The translations under genes were made by a program, and so were the position numbers. A stretch of 64,000 bases of DNA from Antedon mediterranea (lineage: Eukaryota; Animalia; Echinodermata), in NCBI RefSeq assembly GCF_964355755.1, contig NC_092671.1, forward strand, positions 25,556,070 to 25,620,069. Direction: 5' to 3'. Position 1 is the first letter of the stretch, and each line of letters starts with the position of its first letter. Shown piece after piece: positions 63,732-64,000 of the stretch. Under the pieces are notes generated by a model. The model worked only from the letters and a program-made list of their open reading frames with translations. It did not search any database and was not told the origin of the DNA.

Positions 63732-64000
63732 CTAAAAAATTAAGAGCATTTTGTGATAGTACACATACAGTAATTATAAACTTAATAGTCTTTAATTGTC
63801 AATCTAGAGGGTTGGTTTATAACAAAATAAAAATGTAACAATGGATTTCGTTGCTAACGTAGAGATACATATGTACTCTTTCAGGAGGTATTTAAAAAAA
63901 ACAATAACTGATGCTTCTTTTATGAAATAAATAAATTTGTTTCCAAGATATGAAATAAACGAGATAACTGAAAAATACATACCTGGTTTCAGCAGTTTAG

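Overview
AT-rich, intron-rich animal genomic DNA, probably a marine invertebrate (inferred from the repeat families and composition). All host genes are on the minus strand. I rebuilt them by hand from splice sites and reading phase, because the ORF track misses most exons. From left to right: (1) exons 1-2 of a conventional MTCH2-type mitochondrial carrier homolog (2101->591, runs off the left edge). (2) A complete, intact but strongly diverged 11-exon tandem MTCH paralog (17307->4524, 286 aa). (3) An ARHGAP1/ARHGAP8-family BCH(CRAL-TRIO)+RhoGAP gene with 9 well-supported coding exons (38189->22614), probably starting at a lone ATG followed by a GC-AG intron at 38911. (4) The last exon of a second, tandem RhoGAP paralog (63731->63495). 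Introns and intergenic DNA hold an internally deleted AcademX-type DNA transposon, several L2/CR1/Rex-type LINE fragments, tRNA- and 5S-derived SINEs, many MITEs and a 91-copy 25-bp satellite. One LINE is interrupted by a DINE-1/HINE-like element carrying two tRNA-Val pseudogenes. There is no CRISPR or other prokaryotic system. Human comparisons are from memory and need checking by alignment.
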